DNA of 64,000 nt from an uncultured Planctomycetota bacterium (GTDB lineage: Bacteria; Planctomycetota; Planctomycetia; Gemmatales; Gemmataceae), in NCBI GenBank assembly GCA_963849325.1, contig CAWKHF010000009.1, positions 1 through 64,000 of the forward strand, given 5' to 3'. Position numbers and translations under genes: made by a program. Numbering within the stretch: the stretch's first letter is position 1; each line of letters begins with the position of its first letter. Below are positions 30,505 through 41,896 of the stretch, in pieces. The notes below the pieces were generated by a model that searched no databases, had not been told where the DNA came from, and was given only the letters and a program-made list of their open reading frames with translations.

Positions 30505-32537
30505 TCACTTCTCGCCTTTTCCCGCCTCGTCCTTTCCGAACCAATAGATCCCCCGGCCCGTACTCGTGTACGTCAAGAAATACGCCTCCCCACTTTCGTC
30601 CTCGCCGAACGACATCACCGGCACGTTCGGATCGCGGATGGGCCGATTGGCGACGACGCGCCGCTTGTCTTCGTCGTAGCGCAGCGCCCAGATGCGGGCC
30701 GAGACGTAGTCGGCGTACAGATACGATCCGCGCAGCTCCGGCAGACGCTCGCCGCGGTACACCAGGCCGCCCGTGATCGATTTGCCGACGTCGTGATGAT
30801 ATTCCCAGATGGGATCGAGGAGATCCTTGCTCACGTCGGCGCCGCGAGCGCCGAAGGGATGCAGTCCCTCGCGCCGGTTCCAGCCGTAATTACCGCCGCG
30901 AACGATGAGGTCGATTTCCTCGTAGAGGTTCTGCCCCACGTCCGCCGCCCACAGTTTGCCCGTCTGGCGGTCGAACGCCATCCGCCAGACGTTACGCAGA
31001 CCATACGCCCAGATCTCCGGCTGGGCGTCGGTGCGGGCCACAAAGGGATTGTCCGGAGGGATCGAGTAATTCTTGCTCTTGGACTTCCGGTCCACGTCGA
31101 GACGGAGAATTTTGCCGAGCAGCGTTTGCAGGTTCTGGCCGTTGCCGTGCGGATCGTTGGCCGAACCGCCGTCGCCGAGGGCGACGTACAGGTAGCCGTC
31201 CGGCCCGAAACAGACCGTGCCGCCGTCATGGTTCCAGAAGGCGTGGTTGATGCGCAGCAGTTCCTCCTCGGAGTCGGGGTCGGCTCGGTTCGGATCGTCG
31301 CGGCGGACACGGAAGCGCGATACCACGTTGGTCAGCCGTGGTTTCTTGAGCGTGTAGAAGACGAAGAATTCGCCGTTCTTCTTGTAGTTGGGATGGAAGG
31401 CCAGCCCGAGAAGACCCTGCTCGTTCTCGTCGTCGCTGTAGAAGATGCGGTCGCGGAGGTCGAGGAAGATGCGTGTTTTCGTCGCTTTTGGATCGTTGGC
31501 GAAGACGTGGACGACGCCGCGCTGCGAGGCGACGAAGACGCGATTGCTGCCGTCGCCGGCGTGCGTCAGGACGATCGGCCGCAGCGGCACGGCCTTGCCC
31601 TTGTCATTGACGGGTTCCCAGCCGGTCCACTGCAAGTTGGGGAAAGCCACGACTGCTTTCAAGGGCAAGGGACGCTGGTCCACCTCCTGACCGGGGACGG
31701 ATGCGGGCAAGGCGGTCAAGGTTCCCGCCTTCGTGTCGGTCACGAGGATCGATTTCCCGGCGGGTCCGAGGCCGAGTCCGCCGACCGACGAAAAGTCGGC
31801 GCCGAGCGGTATGGGCTTCTCTCCCGGACGCGGAATCACGAACAATCGACCGGAGCCGTCGCTGCCGTAGAGCCGGCCGTGCTTGTCCCAGGCGAGGCGG
31901 CCGTGGCCGAAGCCCTCGGCCAGTTGCGCGTGCTGCCGTCGGCGAGGCGCAGACGCAGGAGCCGACCCGACGCGGAATCGATGGCGAGCAAATGCGTGAA
32001 GCCGTCCATCGCCAGGCCGGCCGGCGCTTTCAGGGCCGGCGAACGCTTGGCATCCGTGACCAGGGATGTCTTGCCCTTGGCATCGACGCGGTAGATGGTC
32101 CCTCCCGACTCGCCCTCGCCGGCGTCCGAGACGTAGAGCGTCCCTTGCTCGTCGATGTCGAGGTCGCGCAGGGAACGCGGCGGAGGAGAGAAGGCGGCGG
32201 CCGCGGCGAACACGGTCGCCTGGCCCTTGCCGTCGATGCGCCAGATGCGCCGGCCGTCGGCGACGAACAACCATCCGCCCCGCGCCGCCACGCCGCGCGG
32301 GTCGTCCAGTCCCCTGGCGAAAGGCACCGCCTTGCCCTTGTCGATGGCGATGACCGCGCCGTCGCCGTCCTTACCGATCTCGCCGAGCGTGCTGACGTAA
32401 ATCCGGCCGGCGGCATCGACGGCGACGCCGGCGGGGTTATGCAGGCCGCGGAGGAGCGGGTCAGGCGGTCCTGCCGCCGTGGCCGTTGGGGGGGAGATGA
32501 CCAGTGAGATGCCCGCAACCCAGAGTAAGCGTTTCAA
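30505..32537 (-). CDS. PQQ-dependent sugar dehydrogenase (GSDH) with N-terminal beta-propeller; one frameshift near 31920
   Basis: EQGLLGLAFHP, NHDGG..FGPDGYLY, YGLRNVWR, GGNYGW, SFGED. Confidence 0.85.
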
Positions 32538-32795
32538 GGCCGTCCCTCCCGGCAGCGCTGCGAATGGCGTGAGGCGCTGGGCAGCGCCTCGGATTCGGCC
32601 AACTTAGAGAACGGGACGCCCACCGTCAATCGCCCGGAAGCGGGCGCGAGGACGACACGAAAGCCGCGATTCAGGAATTTCGAGAGGTAATTGTCTTTGT
32701 GAACATTTGTCCTCTATGACATGAGACTTCTTTCCGGTATGTTAGTAGACGAGATTTTCCCACCTAACTTCATCGGTCACATCCCGAGGTGTCCC

Positions 32796-33731
32796 ATGCC
32801 GCGCCATGCTGGAAAGGCCCGCCCTGGTTTCACGCTCATTGAGTTGCTGGTGGTGATTGCGATCATCGCCATCCTGATCGGCCTGCTGCTTCCGGCCGTG
32901 CAGAAGGTCCGCGAGGCCGCCGCCCGGTCGCAATGCACGAACAATTTCAAGCAATGGGGCCTGGCCATGCACATGTACAACGACACGATGGGCTCTCTGC
33001 CGGCCGGGTCGGTCCACAATCCGCGCCACACCTGGGTTCCGTACCTGTGGCCTTACATCGAACAAAACAACATCGCGAACCTGTACGGCCCCGTAAACAC
33101 GCAGCAGTTCTACCAGCCCAACGCGATCATCCAGAACGCCTACACCGGTGCCTGCGCCATGCAGGTGAAATTGTACTATTGCCCCAGTGATCGCCCCGGC
33201 GCCTACGATACCCACGACAGCTACTATCGCTGCCGGGGCAACTACGTGGCCAACGCCGGAACGCATACCATCTCGGATATCGACGCCGGCAACCCCGCGG
33301 CCCCGTTCAACGACCCGAACAACACCGGCGGGACCGTGCAGCCCACCACCATCCAGCAAATATCGGACGGCACCTCGAACACTTTGCTCATGTCCGAGAT
33401 CATCATCGCGCTCAACGACAGCGACCAAAATTCCCACGGCGACTTCCAGAACGACGATGCGACCCAGGTCGGTTGGGCCTTCATGACGGTGACCGGACCC
33501 AATAGCGCGACGCCCGACCAGATCTTCTGCGGCACCAACAACGACCCGAGGGCCCCCTGCACCAGTTCGGGGTCGGAATTCGAGGCGGCGCGCAGCCGAC
33601 ACGTCAGCGGCGTCAACACCCTGTTCTGCGACGGCTCGGTACACTTCATCACCAACAGCATCACTCTCCCCACCTGGCAAGCTCTCGGCTCCATGAACGG
33701 CGGCGAGCCGATTAACGCTTCTCAGTTTTGA
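32796..33731 (+). CDS. DUF1559 prepilin-type protein
   Basis: [50 protein letters not shown]. Confidence 0.95.
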   Translation: MPRHAGKARPGFTLIELLVVIAIIAILIGLLLPAVQKVREAAARSQCTNNFKQWGLAMHMYNDTMGSLPAGSVHNPRHTWVPYLWPYIEQNNIANLYGPVNTQQFYQPNAIIQNAYTGACAMQVKLYYCPSDRPGAYDTHDSYYRCRGNYVANAGTHTISDIDAGNPAAPFNDPNNTGGTVQPTTIQQISDGTSNTLLMSEIIIALNDSDQNSHGDFQNDDATQVGWAFMTVTGPNSATPDQIFCGTNNDPRAPCTSSGSEFEAARSRHVSGVNTLFCDGSVHFITNSITLPTWQALGSMNGGEPINASQF

Positions 33732-33756
33732 CCTGTGGCGACGATGCCGCGACCTG

Positions 33757-33844
33757 CCGAGCCGCGACCTGCCGAGCCGCGACCATAAGGGAGCGGGGCT
33801 TTCTCCGCTCCCTTACGGTCGCGGCTCGGCAGGTCGCGGCTCGG
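33757..33844. repeat. REP-like palindrome, family 1
   Basis: CCGAGCCGCGACC(A/G)TAAGGGAGCGG...CCGCTCCCTTACGGTCGCGGCTCGG. Confidence 0.9.
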
Positions 33845-34239
33845 ATGGCGGCGCCTCCGTGGCGGGACCGGCGTCGAAGTCGAAGTGGGCCGCGTTGATC
33901 GCCCAGTTCCATTTGCGGATCGTGGCCGGGACGGTGAGAGGGAGAGTGAGCGTGTCCAGGATGGCGGACAGCGGCAGGTCCACCGCCAGCACGCCGACGC
34001 CGCAGCCGAACGCGAATGAACCAGCCAGAAGCTTCTTGCTCCAAGGCGCGTCCTCGGCGCAGGGGCCATGGAACGCCTGTCCAAAGAAGTGCGAACTCCA
34101 GCGCCGATCCAGAGCGACGCCGCCGTAGATTTGTTTGGGGGCGCCACCATCTCGGACCCCCGCGCAGTTCACCGCCGTGCCGCAGCCGCCCAGCGCAAGC
34201 CCAGACGGCCGCGAGGCAGATCGTCGCCGTTCGGCGCAT
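33813..34239 (-). CDS. YceK/YidQ-family lipoprotein (frameshift in signal region)
   Basis: LGGCGT lipobox, IYGGV, DLPLSAILDTLTLP. Confidence 0.8.
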
Positions 34240-34546
34240 GACTCATCCTCCGGGGAGTATCCGGCTATCGCAAAGCCGGCCCTGCACGTCAAGCCCGACC
34301 GCGAGAAGATTACCTCTTCGTAACCGAGCCGAGGAGACTCCCGGTCCTCTTGACGGAGATGGTACGCGCCGCGCATCATGCAAGGGGGAGGATGTCCCAC
34401 ACGCCTCCTTGTTGCGGCTTGCTCGCGGGTCGGGACCGGCTACTTTCTCCGGCGCAGGGCGCCTCCCTTTCCTCATCAACGCGGATGGGTGTGCGGCGGA
34501 ACACGCTGCCAGCCGTCCCGGTTGTTTTTTCAGGAGGTCCATCGAC

Positions 34547-36028
34547 ATGAAACGCTGTTCCGTGATCCTCGGCTGCTTGCTGCTCGGAGGCTCGGTCGGC
34601 ACTTTCCTCGCCGGGCCGCTGCTCAACGGAAAGGACCCGGCCGTCCCCGCCATTCCCCGCGAACTGACGTCCTACCGCGACGTGGTCAAGAAGGTGCTGC
34701 CGGCCGTCGTCAGCATCGAATCGCGGGCCAAGGCGGCCCCGGCCCGGCCGCGCCGTCGCGGGCCGCTCGAAGACGACATCCCCGAGGAGTTCCGCCGTTT
34801 CTTCGACTTCGACGACGACAGTCCCGCGCCGCGCGGCGGCTTCGGTTCCGGCGTCCTTGTCGAGTCCAAGGGTGTCATCCTCACCAACTTCCACGTCGTC
34901 GATGGGGCCGACCAGGTACACGTGCAACTGAGCGACGGCCGCAAGTTCACCTCCAAAGACGTCAAAAGCGATCCGAAAACGGACCTGGCCATCGTCCGTA
35001 TCGAGGCGCCGGCCGCTCTGCCGTTTTTGGAGCTGGGCGACAGCGACGGCATGGAGATCGGTGACCGCGTGCTGGCCGTCGGCGCGCCGTTCGGTCTGAC
35101 CGGCACCGTGACGCACGGCATCATCAGCGCCAAGGGCCGCAGTCTGCAACTGAACATGTACGAGGACTTCTTGCAGACGGACGCGGCCATCAATCCGGGC
35201 AACAGCGGCGGCCCGCTGATCAACCTGGAGGGTAAGGTCATCGGAATCAACGCGGCCATCAAGAGCCGCAGCGGCGGCTGGCAGGGCGTCGGCCTGGCCG
35301 TCTCCAGCAACATCGCCAAGGCCATCATGCCGCAACTGCTCAAGAACGGCGTCGTTCGTCGCGGCTACCTCGGCGTGCAGATCAAGGACATCAATGAGCC
35401 GGAGGTGTCGTCGCGGCTGGGCCTGAAGGACGGCGAGCACGGCGTGCTGGTGACGCGCGTCTTCGACGACACGCCCGGCTCCAAGGCCGGAATCCAGAGT
35501 GGCGACGTCCTGACCACGCTGGACGGCAAGCCGGTGCGCAACGGCCATGACTTGCAGATCATCGTCGCTCGCCTGGCGGTGGGCAAGGCCGTCGAGGTGC
35601 GGGCGCTGCGCGACGGACAGCCGAAGACGTTCCAGGTAACGATCGAGGAACAGCCGAGGCAGTTCGGCACGACGCGCGTCCGGGTGCCGCGCCGCTTCGG
35701 CCGCGAGGCGGAGGGCGTGACCATCGACTCGATCGGCGTCGAGGCGGTAGACCTGACGCCGGAACTGGCTGACAATCTCGGCTACAAGGAGCAGACGCGC
35801 GGGGCGTTGGTCCTCCGCGTGGACGCGGACGGCCTGGCGGGCAACGCCGGCCTGACACGCGGCATGCTCATCACCAAGGTCGATAAGAAGGCGGTCGCGT
35901 CGGCGAAGGAGCTGAAGGACGCGATTGCGGCCGCGGCGCTGGACAAGGGCGTCCTGCTGCAAGTGCAGACGCCGCAGGGCGGCACCAATTACGTGCTGCT
36001 CAAGTCGGCGAAAACCGCCCATCCGTGA
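34547..36028 (+). CDS. htrA: HtrA/DegP-family serine protease with two PDZ domains
   Basis: GSGV..TNFHVV, TDLA, QTDAAINPGNSGGPL. Confidence 0.95.
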   Translation: MKRCSVILGCLLLGGSVGTFLAGPLLNGKDPAVPAIPRELTSYRDVVKKVLPAVVSIESRAKAAPARPRRRGPLEDDIPEEFRRFFDFDDDSPAPRGGFGSGVLVESKGVILTNFHVVDGADQVHVQLSDGRKFTSKDVKSDPKTDLAIVRIEAPAALPFLELGDSDGMEIGDRVLAVGAPFGLTGTVTHGIISAKGRSLQLNMYEDFLQTDAAINPGNSGGPLINLEGKVIGINAAIKSRSGGWQGVGLAVSSNIAKAIMPQLLKNGVVRRGYLGVQIKDINEPEVSSRLGLKDGEHGVLVTRVFDDTPGSKAGIQSGDVLTTLDGKPVRNGHDLQIIVARLAVGKAVEVRALRDGQPKTFQVTIEEQPRQFGTTRVRVPRRFGREAEGVTIDSIGVEAVDLTPELADNLGYKEQTRGALVLRVDADGLAGNAGLTRGMLITKVDKKAVASAKELKDAIAAAALDKGVLLQVQTPQGGTNYVLLKSAKTAHP

Positions 36029-36044
36029 GGCACAATGGAAGCGA

Positions 36045-36105
36045 ACCGAGCCGCGACCGTTAGGGAGCGGGCGAAAGCTCCGCTCCCTAACGGTCGCGGT
36101 TGGGT
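36045..36105. repeat. REP-like palindrome, family 1
   Basis: Same arms as 33757; lies between convergent genes. Confidence 0.9.
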
Positions 36106-36115
36106 CCGCTCATTC

Positions 36116-37615
36116 TCAAACGCGCAAGCCGCGCCAGCGCCCACCGGCGAAGCGTCCCAGGAAGAACACGCCGCGCACCAGCAAATCCGCGAACATCGCC
36201 AGCCAGGCGCCGAACAAGCCGAGATCGAACCCGCCGTGGACACCCAGCGGTCCAAGGTCGAGGTGCGGCCGCGTCAGCAGGTAGGCCAGCGGGATGCGCA
36301 GGACGAAGAAGCCGAACCAGGTGAACAGCACGGGCACGCGGGTATCGCCGGCGCCGCGCAGGGAACTGGTGAAAATGATGCACGAGGCCAGGGCCGGCAT
36401 GGCGAAGGCCACCAGGCGCAGGACCGGCACGCCCTCGTCGATGATCGGCTGCTGGCCGGGATCGGGGCAGAACAGGCGAAACATCGGCGCGGCCAGCAGG
36501 AAAAAGACAGCGCCCATGAAGGTCATTAGCGCTCCGCCGAGGCCGAGAGCGGTCCAACCGCTGCGAGCGGCTCGTCGCGGGTTGCGCGCGCCGAGGTTCT
36601 GGCCGACCAGCGTCATCGCCGCCGTGCCGAAGGCGCCGCCGGACAGATAGCCCAGCGCCTCCCACTGCAAGGCGATGCCGTGCGCCGCCTTGGCCGCGTC
36701 GTTGAGATGGTTGATGATGCTGAGAAACCAAAGCTGGCCGACGGCCACTGACAGGCTATCCACGCCGGCCGGCACGCTGATGCGCAGCAGACGGCGGATA
36801 ATCTCGAAGTCCGGTCGCAATTGTCGCCATTCGAGCCGTAGTCCGGCCCGGCCGCGCAGCAGCACGGCCGTGACGGCGGCGGCGCCGAGCACGTTGCTGA
36901 CGGCCGTGCCCAGGGCGATGCCGACGAAACCCAGCGGCGGCACCGGGCCGAAACCGTGGAAGAAGCCCCAGGCCAACGGCACATTGAAGACGGCCACGCC
37001 GGCACGCACCCACAACCCCGTCACCGTGTCGCCGGCGCCGACCAGGCAGGCGATGCCCGCCGCCTCGATTACCTGGAAGACCAGCAGGGCGAACAACGGT
37101 TGCAGGTACGCCACCGCGAAGCGGGCCGTCGCCCCGTGCAGTTGCAACATCTCCACCAGCGAAGGCAGACCGAGCAAGGCCAGGGCCGAGCCGGCCAATC
37201 CCAGAAGGACGCCCAGCAACAACGATTGGTTGGTGACGTGGACGGCGGAACGCCGGTCTCCGGCGCCGATGGCGTGCGCCACCAGGGCGGTGCTGCCGAC
37301 GCTGACCAGGACGGTGTAACTGCTGATGAACCAGGCCAGGTAATTGGCCGTCGTCTGGGCGGCCTGCAAGGCGATCTGTTCGTCGGGGTCCGGCGCGTGG
37401 GCGTGGCCGGCCAGCCAGCGGTCGGACAGGCTGACGGCCAGGACGAGCATCTGCTGGAGCAGGGCCGGCAGCGCCAGGACCAGCACCAGATACCACGTCG
37501 GCCGGCGCAGATCCAGACGCGGGGCCGTCGCGGCGTCGGACTCCGCGACGGGGACGAGATCGTGAGGCCGGGGCGGTGCGCCGGAAGGGGCGTCGGTCAG
37601 CCGCGGATCGTCCAC
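36116..37615 (-). CDS. MATE family efflux transporter
   Basis: Multiple TMs; LVGAGDT, LVGQNLGA, LRGAGDT. Confidence 0.92.
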   Translation of the reverse strand: MDDPRLTDAPSGAPPRPHDLVPVAESDAATAPRLDLRRPTWYLVLVLALPALLQQMLVLAVSLSDRWLAGHAHAPDPDEQIALQAAQTTANYLAWFISSYTVLVSVGSTALVAHAIGAGDRRSAVHVTNQSLLLGVLLGLAGSALALLGLPSLVEMLQLHGATARFAVAYLQPLFALLVFQVIEAAGIACLVGAGDTVTGLWVRAGVAVFNVPLAWGFFHGFGPVPPLGFVGIALGTAVSNVLGAAAVTAVLLRGRAGLRLEWRQLRPDFEIIRRLLRISVPAGVDSLSVAVGQLWFLSIINHLNDAAKAAHGIALQWEALGYLSGGAFGTAAMTLVGQNLGARNPRRAARSGWTALGLGGALMTFMGAVFFLLAAPMFRLFCPDPGQQPIIDEGVPVLRLVAFAMPALASCIIFTSSLRGAGDTRVPVLFTWFGFFVLRIPLAYLLTRPHLDLGPLGVHGGFDLGLFGAWLAMFADLLVRGVFFLGRFAGGRWRGLRV

Positions 37616-37827
37616 TCCGGTCCTCCCGCCATGCCGAAGCGGTCGCCGACGCGGAGCTTGCGGCCCGGTTGCGCGGCCGGCTCGCCGTTGACCGTCACCT
37701 GTCCTTCGCGCACTAGCAGCTTCGCTTGTCCGCCGGTGTCGGCCAGGCCGATCGCCTTGATCGCATGGGCCAGCGTGATGTACTCGCCTCGGAGAGTGAG
37801 GATCCCTCCGGCGGAGGATTCGGTCAT
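37597..37827 (-). CDS. S4-domain RNA-binding protein (YaaA/YbcJ-like)
   Basis: YITLAHAIK..TGGQAK..VTVNGE..GRKLRVGD. Confidence 0.9.
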   Translation of the reverse strand: MTESSAGGILTLRGEYITLAHAIKAIGLADTGGQAKLLVREGQVTVNGEPAAQPGRKLRVGDRFGMAGGPEWTIRG

Positions 37828-37925
37828 GAGACGCTTTCCGTACACGATCCGCACAGCCGATCGAACCTCAGACAAGCTCGGCGATCTATCGGCATGGCGC
37901 TGCTGCGATTGTACCATGATGCGTT

Positions 37926-37983
37926 CCGAGCCGCGACCGTCAGGGAGCGGTGTTGTCCCCACTCCTTGACGATCGCGGCTCGG
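37926..37983. repeat. REP-like palindrome, family 1 (degenerate)
   Basis: Same arms with mismatches. Confidence 0.85.
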
Positions 37984-37999
37984 TTTGGTTCACGCGCCC

Positions 38000-38809
38000 T
38001 TACTCTTCTCCGCGCCTGCCGCGATTGCGATTCAGCCGGTGCGCAGTAATTCCAATTCGCGCTCCGCCGCTTCGGCTCGTTGTTTTTCCTGGTCGGCTCG
38101 TTGTTTTTCCTGATCGGCTCGTTGTTTTTCCTGATCGGCTCGTTGTTTTTCCTGATCGGCTCGTTGTTTTTCCTGATCGGCTCGTCGCCGCGTCTGCTCC
38201 AGGTTGCGCAGCAAGTCGGCCGGCAGCGGCAGCAATTCGCCCCGATACCAGAAGCGACACCATCCCTCCAGCAACCCCAACTCCAGCTCCAACTCCGGCA
38301 GAGCGAGACGGCCGTGCTCGTTGGGCTTCACCGAGACGTACTTGCGTTTCGTGTGCCGATACAGCGTCAGCTCTTGCTCGTCGGGATAGAAGATCAGGTA
38401 ATACGGCACCTTCAGCTCGCGCTCGTACTTCTGCATGTTGTCGTCGTAGTCCTTGCGCGCTCTCCTTGGAAACGTATTCCAGCATCCAGAATGGGCCGAC
38501 GGGCTGTAGGGGCACCTTGTAGCTGCCCCGGGCCTTGATCGGCTTGTCGTGGACGACGACCATGTTGTCCGGTACGACCTGGCGGGGTCGGGTCGCGTCG
38601 CCATGGGGATATTGCACCAGCAGTTCATTGAAGACCTGCACTTCGGGTCGGCGTGCCCGCAGCAGAGCGAGGCTTTCCAGAGTGATCTCGCGTTGAATGG
38701 ATTGCCCGGTCGCTTCCATGAAGTGCTCCGGAGGAAGGCTGCGCAGGTACTCCTCGGCATATTTGTCGTACTGCAAGGACAGCAAATGCGGCGGTTTGGT
38801 CGTCGCCAT
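38000..38809 (-). CDS. Uma2/DUF820 endonuclease-fold protein, copy 1 (frameshift near 38460); 5x RADQEKQ
   Basis: VVPDNMV, PFWMLEYVS, KVPYYLIFYP; 21-bp tandem repeat 38073-38177. Confidence 0.8.
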   Translation of the reverse strand: MATTKPPHLLSLQYDKYAEEYLRSLPPEHFMEATGQSIQREITLESLALLRARRPEVQVFNELLVQYPHGDATRPRQVVPDNMVVVHDKPIKARGSYKVPLQPVGPFWMLEYVSKESAQGLRRQHAEVRARAEGAVLPDLLSRRARADAVSAHETQVRLGEAQRARPSRSAGVGAGVGVAGGMVSLLVSGRIAAAAGRLAAQPGADAATSRSGKTTSRSGKTTSRSGKTTSRSGKTTSRPGKTTSRSGGARIGITAHRLNRNRGRRGEE

Positions 38810-38886
38810 GTTCGTTCTCTCCTCGACCGGGAAATGTCGCCGCGCAGTATAATACCTCGCCGCGGCTCGGTTTGGTTTGCTCGCCC

Positions 38887-39635
38887 TTACTCTTCTCCGC
38901 GCCTGCCGCGATTTCGATTCAGCCGGGCACGCAATAATTCCAACTCGCGCTCCGCGGTGTCGGCTCGTTGTTTTTCCTGATCGGCTCGTTGTTTTTCCTG
39001 ATCGGCTCGTCGCCGCGTCTGCTCCAGGTCGCGCAGCAAGTCGGCCGGCAGCGGCAGCAATTCGCCCCGATACCAGAAGCGACACCATCCCTCCAGCAAC
39101 CCCAACTCCAGCTCCAACTCCGGCAGAGCGAGACGGCCGTGCTCGTTGGGCTTCACCGAGACGTACTTGCGTTTCGTGTGCCGATACAGCGTCAGCTCTT
39201 GCTCGTCGGGATAGAAGATCAGGTAATACGGCACCTTCAGCTCGCGCTCGTACTTCTGCATGTTGTCGTCGTAGTCCTTGCGCGCTTCTCCTTGGAAACG
39301 TATTCCAGCATCCAGAATGGGCCGACGGGCTGTAGGGGCACCTTGTAGCTGCCCCGGGCCTTGATCGGCTTGTCGTGGACGACGACCATGTTGTCCGGTA
39401 CGACCTGGCGGGGTCGGGTCGCGTCGCCATGGGGATATTGCACCAGCAGTTCATTGAAGACCTGCACTTCGGGTCGGCGTGCCCGCAGCAGAGCGAGGCT
39501 TTCCAGAGTGATCTCGCGTTGAATGGATTGCCCGGTCGCTTCCATGAAGTGCTCCGGAGGAAGGCTGCGCAGGTACTCCTCGGCATATTTGTCGTACTGC
39601 AAGGACAGCAAATGCGGCGGTTTGGTCGTCGCCAT
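38887..39635 (-). CDS. Uma2/DUF820 endonuclease-fold protein, copy 2 (frameshift near 39285); 2x RADQEKQ
   Basis: Near-identical tandem duplicate of copy 1. Confidence 0.8.
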
Positions 39636-39765
39636 GTTCGTTCTCTCCTCGACCGGGAAATGTCGCCGCGCAGTATAACCCCTCGCCGCGGCGGCGGAAA
39701 GCCGGGTTAACGACAGCGGGCCGCCGAAGAATCGGCGGCCCGTTGCCTTGGGCCATCGAACCCAA

Positions 39766-39830
39766 CCGAGCCGCGACCGTAAGAGCGGACGGCTGGGAGC
39801 TAGAACCGCTCCCTTACGGTCGCGGCTCGG
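39766..39830. repeat. REP-like palindrome, family 1
   Basis: Same arms; contains the stop codon of the globin gene. Confidence 0.9.
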
Positions 39831-40799
39831 CAGACTTGGCCTCCGGCTTCGTGTCGGACGGCTTCTTGTCCGTGGGCTTTTTCTGTGCCGGTTTTTTGTC
39901 CTCGGACTTCTTTTCGGCGGGTTTCTTGTCCGTGGGCTTTTTCTCTGCTGGCTTCTTCGGCTCGACGATGTCCTTGCGATACGTGTTGATGGCGCCGAGA
40001 ACATTCTCCACGTCTTGCGACGCAACGTTGTTCTTCTCCAGCGCCTTTTCGAGATGGCCGGCCAGGGCGTCGAACTCCTGGTTGGTGATGCCCATGCCCT
40101 TGTGGACCTTCTTCATGTCGGGTCCGTTGTACTTCAGCGGCCCGCCGGTGGCCTGGCTGACCTGCTCGACGATCTCGCGTTTCATCTTGGCGACGCCCTC
40201 GGCGTCCAACTTGTACTTGCCGTGGCGGAAGAAATCGACCTTGGGGTCGCGGGCCGCGGCGTTGACGGTATCGTCGATGATCTTGGTGACGCCAGTCTCG
40301 CCGCCGAGCCGGTCCCAGAGGGTGCGCTTCTTCTCGGGCTTCTTGACGATGGGCTTGTCGTTATCCTTGGGTTTGGTCGTGACTGGCGGTTCCTTCTCGC
40401 CCTCCTTCTTGGCCGGAGCGTTGCCCTTGAGGTCGTTGCGAATCTGGTCCAGGACCGTCCGCAGGACGAAAGCACGCCGGTACAGCATGGGGTCTTGCCG
40501 GGCGTTGGCGATGCCGGTGTCGATGGCCTTCTGCAATTCGCCCCGGTGCCCCAGCAGGGGCTTGATGCTCATCAGAGCGCCTTCCCAGAGGCGATAACAG
40601 CCGTTCCAGTCGCCGCTGTTGTACAGGTCGGCGCCGTGGTTGATGACCTCTTTCAGGTTGGCGTGAAGCATGCCATCGAGGTCTTTGCGGTCCAGCGGTC
40701 CCGAAGCGGGCTTGTCATCCGCGGCCCGCGCGCGCCGGCCGCCAACACCAGCGCCAGACATGTCGGGAGCATGGCCCCCCATCTTGTCAACTGTCGCAT
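39814..40799 (-). CDS. exported group I truncated hemoglobin with N-terminal helical domain
   Basis: LWDRLGG, GGPLKYNGPDMKKVHKGMGITNQEF; signal peptide MRQLTRWGAMLPTCLALVLAAG in an adjacent frame. Confidence 0.85.
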
Positions 40800-40987
40800 A
40801 CACGTTTCTCCTTTCACCATCTGCTCACGAAAACGCCGGGAAATGGGGCGATGTCGGCAGGTGCTGCGATTGTAAGAAAGCGGCGCAGGCGGGGAAAGAA
40901 GTATTTCCTTGATCTTGCGTGATTTCGACGAGTTCGGATAATGCGGGTTCCGAGAGGAAGGTCCATCGTCAACCCAAGGAGGGGATC

Positions 40988-41811
40988 GTGGCCGATAAAT
41001 CCAGTCAACTGATCCTGGCGGCCCTGAGCCGAGCCGCCGCCGCCCCCGACGGCGTACCCCTGCACGGCAGCAAGAGCGTCGCCGGCCTTTTCCCCGCCAA
41101 CGCTGCCGGCAAGCAGGCCGCTCAGCGCTGCCAGGAAGACGGCTATCTCGCCCCGCGATCGGCGGACGCTCCCGACCGCGAGGAGGCCGCGGGCGGCACG
41201 GCCACGCTGGTCAAAAAGAAGGCTTCCGCCTCGCCGCTTTGCACCATCACCGAAAAGGGCCTGACGTACCTGCTCGCCCAGGTCAGCCCGCGGCAGGTGC
41301 TGGAAGATTTCGTCCGCGCCCTGGAAACGCGGCAAAAGCAGGCCGACGAACTGCTGGCGCTGGCCCGCCGGATGCAGCAGGACTTCGACGCGCTGAAGAT
41401 CCATGCCGACAAGGTACTCCAGCACACCTGTCGGTCGGAAGCCACGCCGGAGCGCGGCGGTCTGAAAATACTCTTCGCTCACTTCCGGAACGAGGCCGAC
41501 CCTCCCCGCCGCGCCCGCCGTCCACGGATGCTGACAGTGGCATGTCACCTACGGCGACGCACGACGCCCTTCTGGCCGAGTTGACCCGCTGGCTGGACGG
41601 CGGAGCGTCGGAGGATTGCCCACTGCCGCACCTGTTCCGCCAACTACCGGCGCGGACCATCGGTTCGTTTCACGATTCGCTTCGTCAGCTCCACGATCTC
41701 GGCAAAATCTATCTACATCCGTGGACCGGGCCGCTCTACGACATCCCCGAACCGCCCTACGCCCTGCTCATCGGTCACGAAATCGCTTATTACGCCAGCA
41801 TTCGCAAGTAG
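40988..41811 (+). CDS. hypothetical protein with winged-helix-like segments (frameshift near 41510)
   Basis: ITEKGLTYL; IGSFHDSLRQLHDLGKIYLHPW. Confidence 0.65.
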
Positions 41812-41822
41812 TCCCTCGACCG

Positions 41823-41869
41823 GCAATCGCTTGCAGCCTCGCGCGACACGCGAAGCCGCAAGCGGCTGC
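41823..41869. repeat. REP-like palindrome, family 2
   Basis: CGCTTGCAGC..GCCGCAAGCG; similar to 44079. Confidence 0.6.
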
Positions 41870-41896
41870 TGGGACCGCGGACCTCGGAGGTTTTTC

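Noticed and set aside
30460-32094. Long antisense ORFs (also 15441..17111, 34376..36022, 41768..43666, 43792..45609, 60754..62109)
   Set aside because: Shadows of real high-GC genes on the opposite strand; no motifs
38073-38177. CRISPR-like array
   Set aside because: 21-bp units are head-to-tail with no spacers and encode RADQEKQ; no cas genes seen
39840-39960. DNA tandem repeat element
   Set aside because: Degenerate coding repeat of the KKP tail
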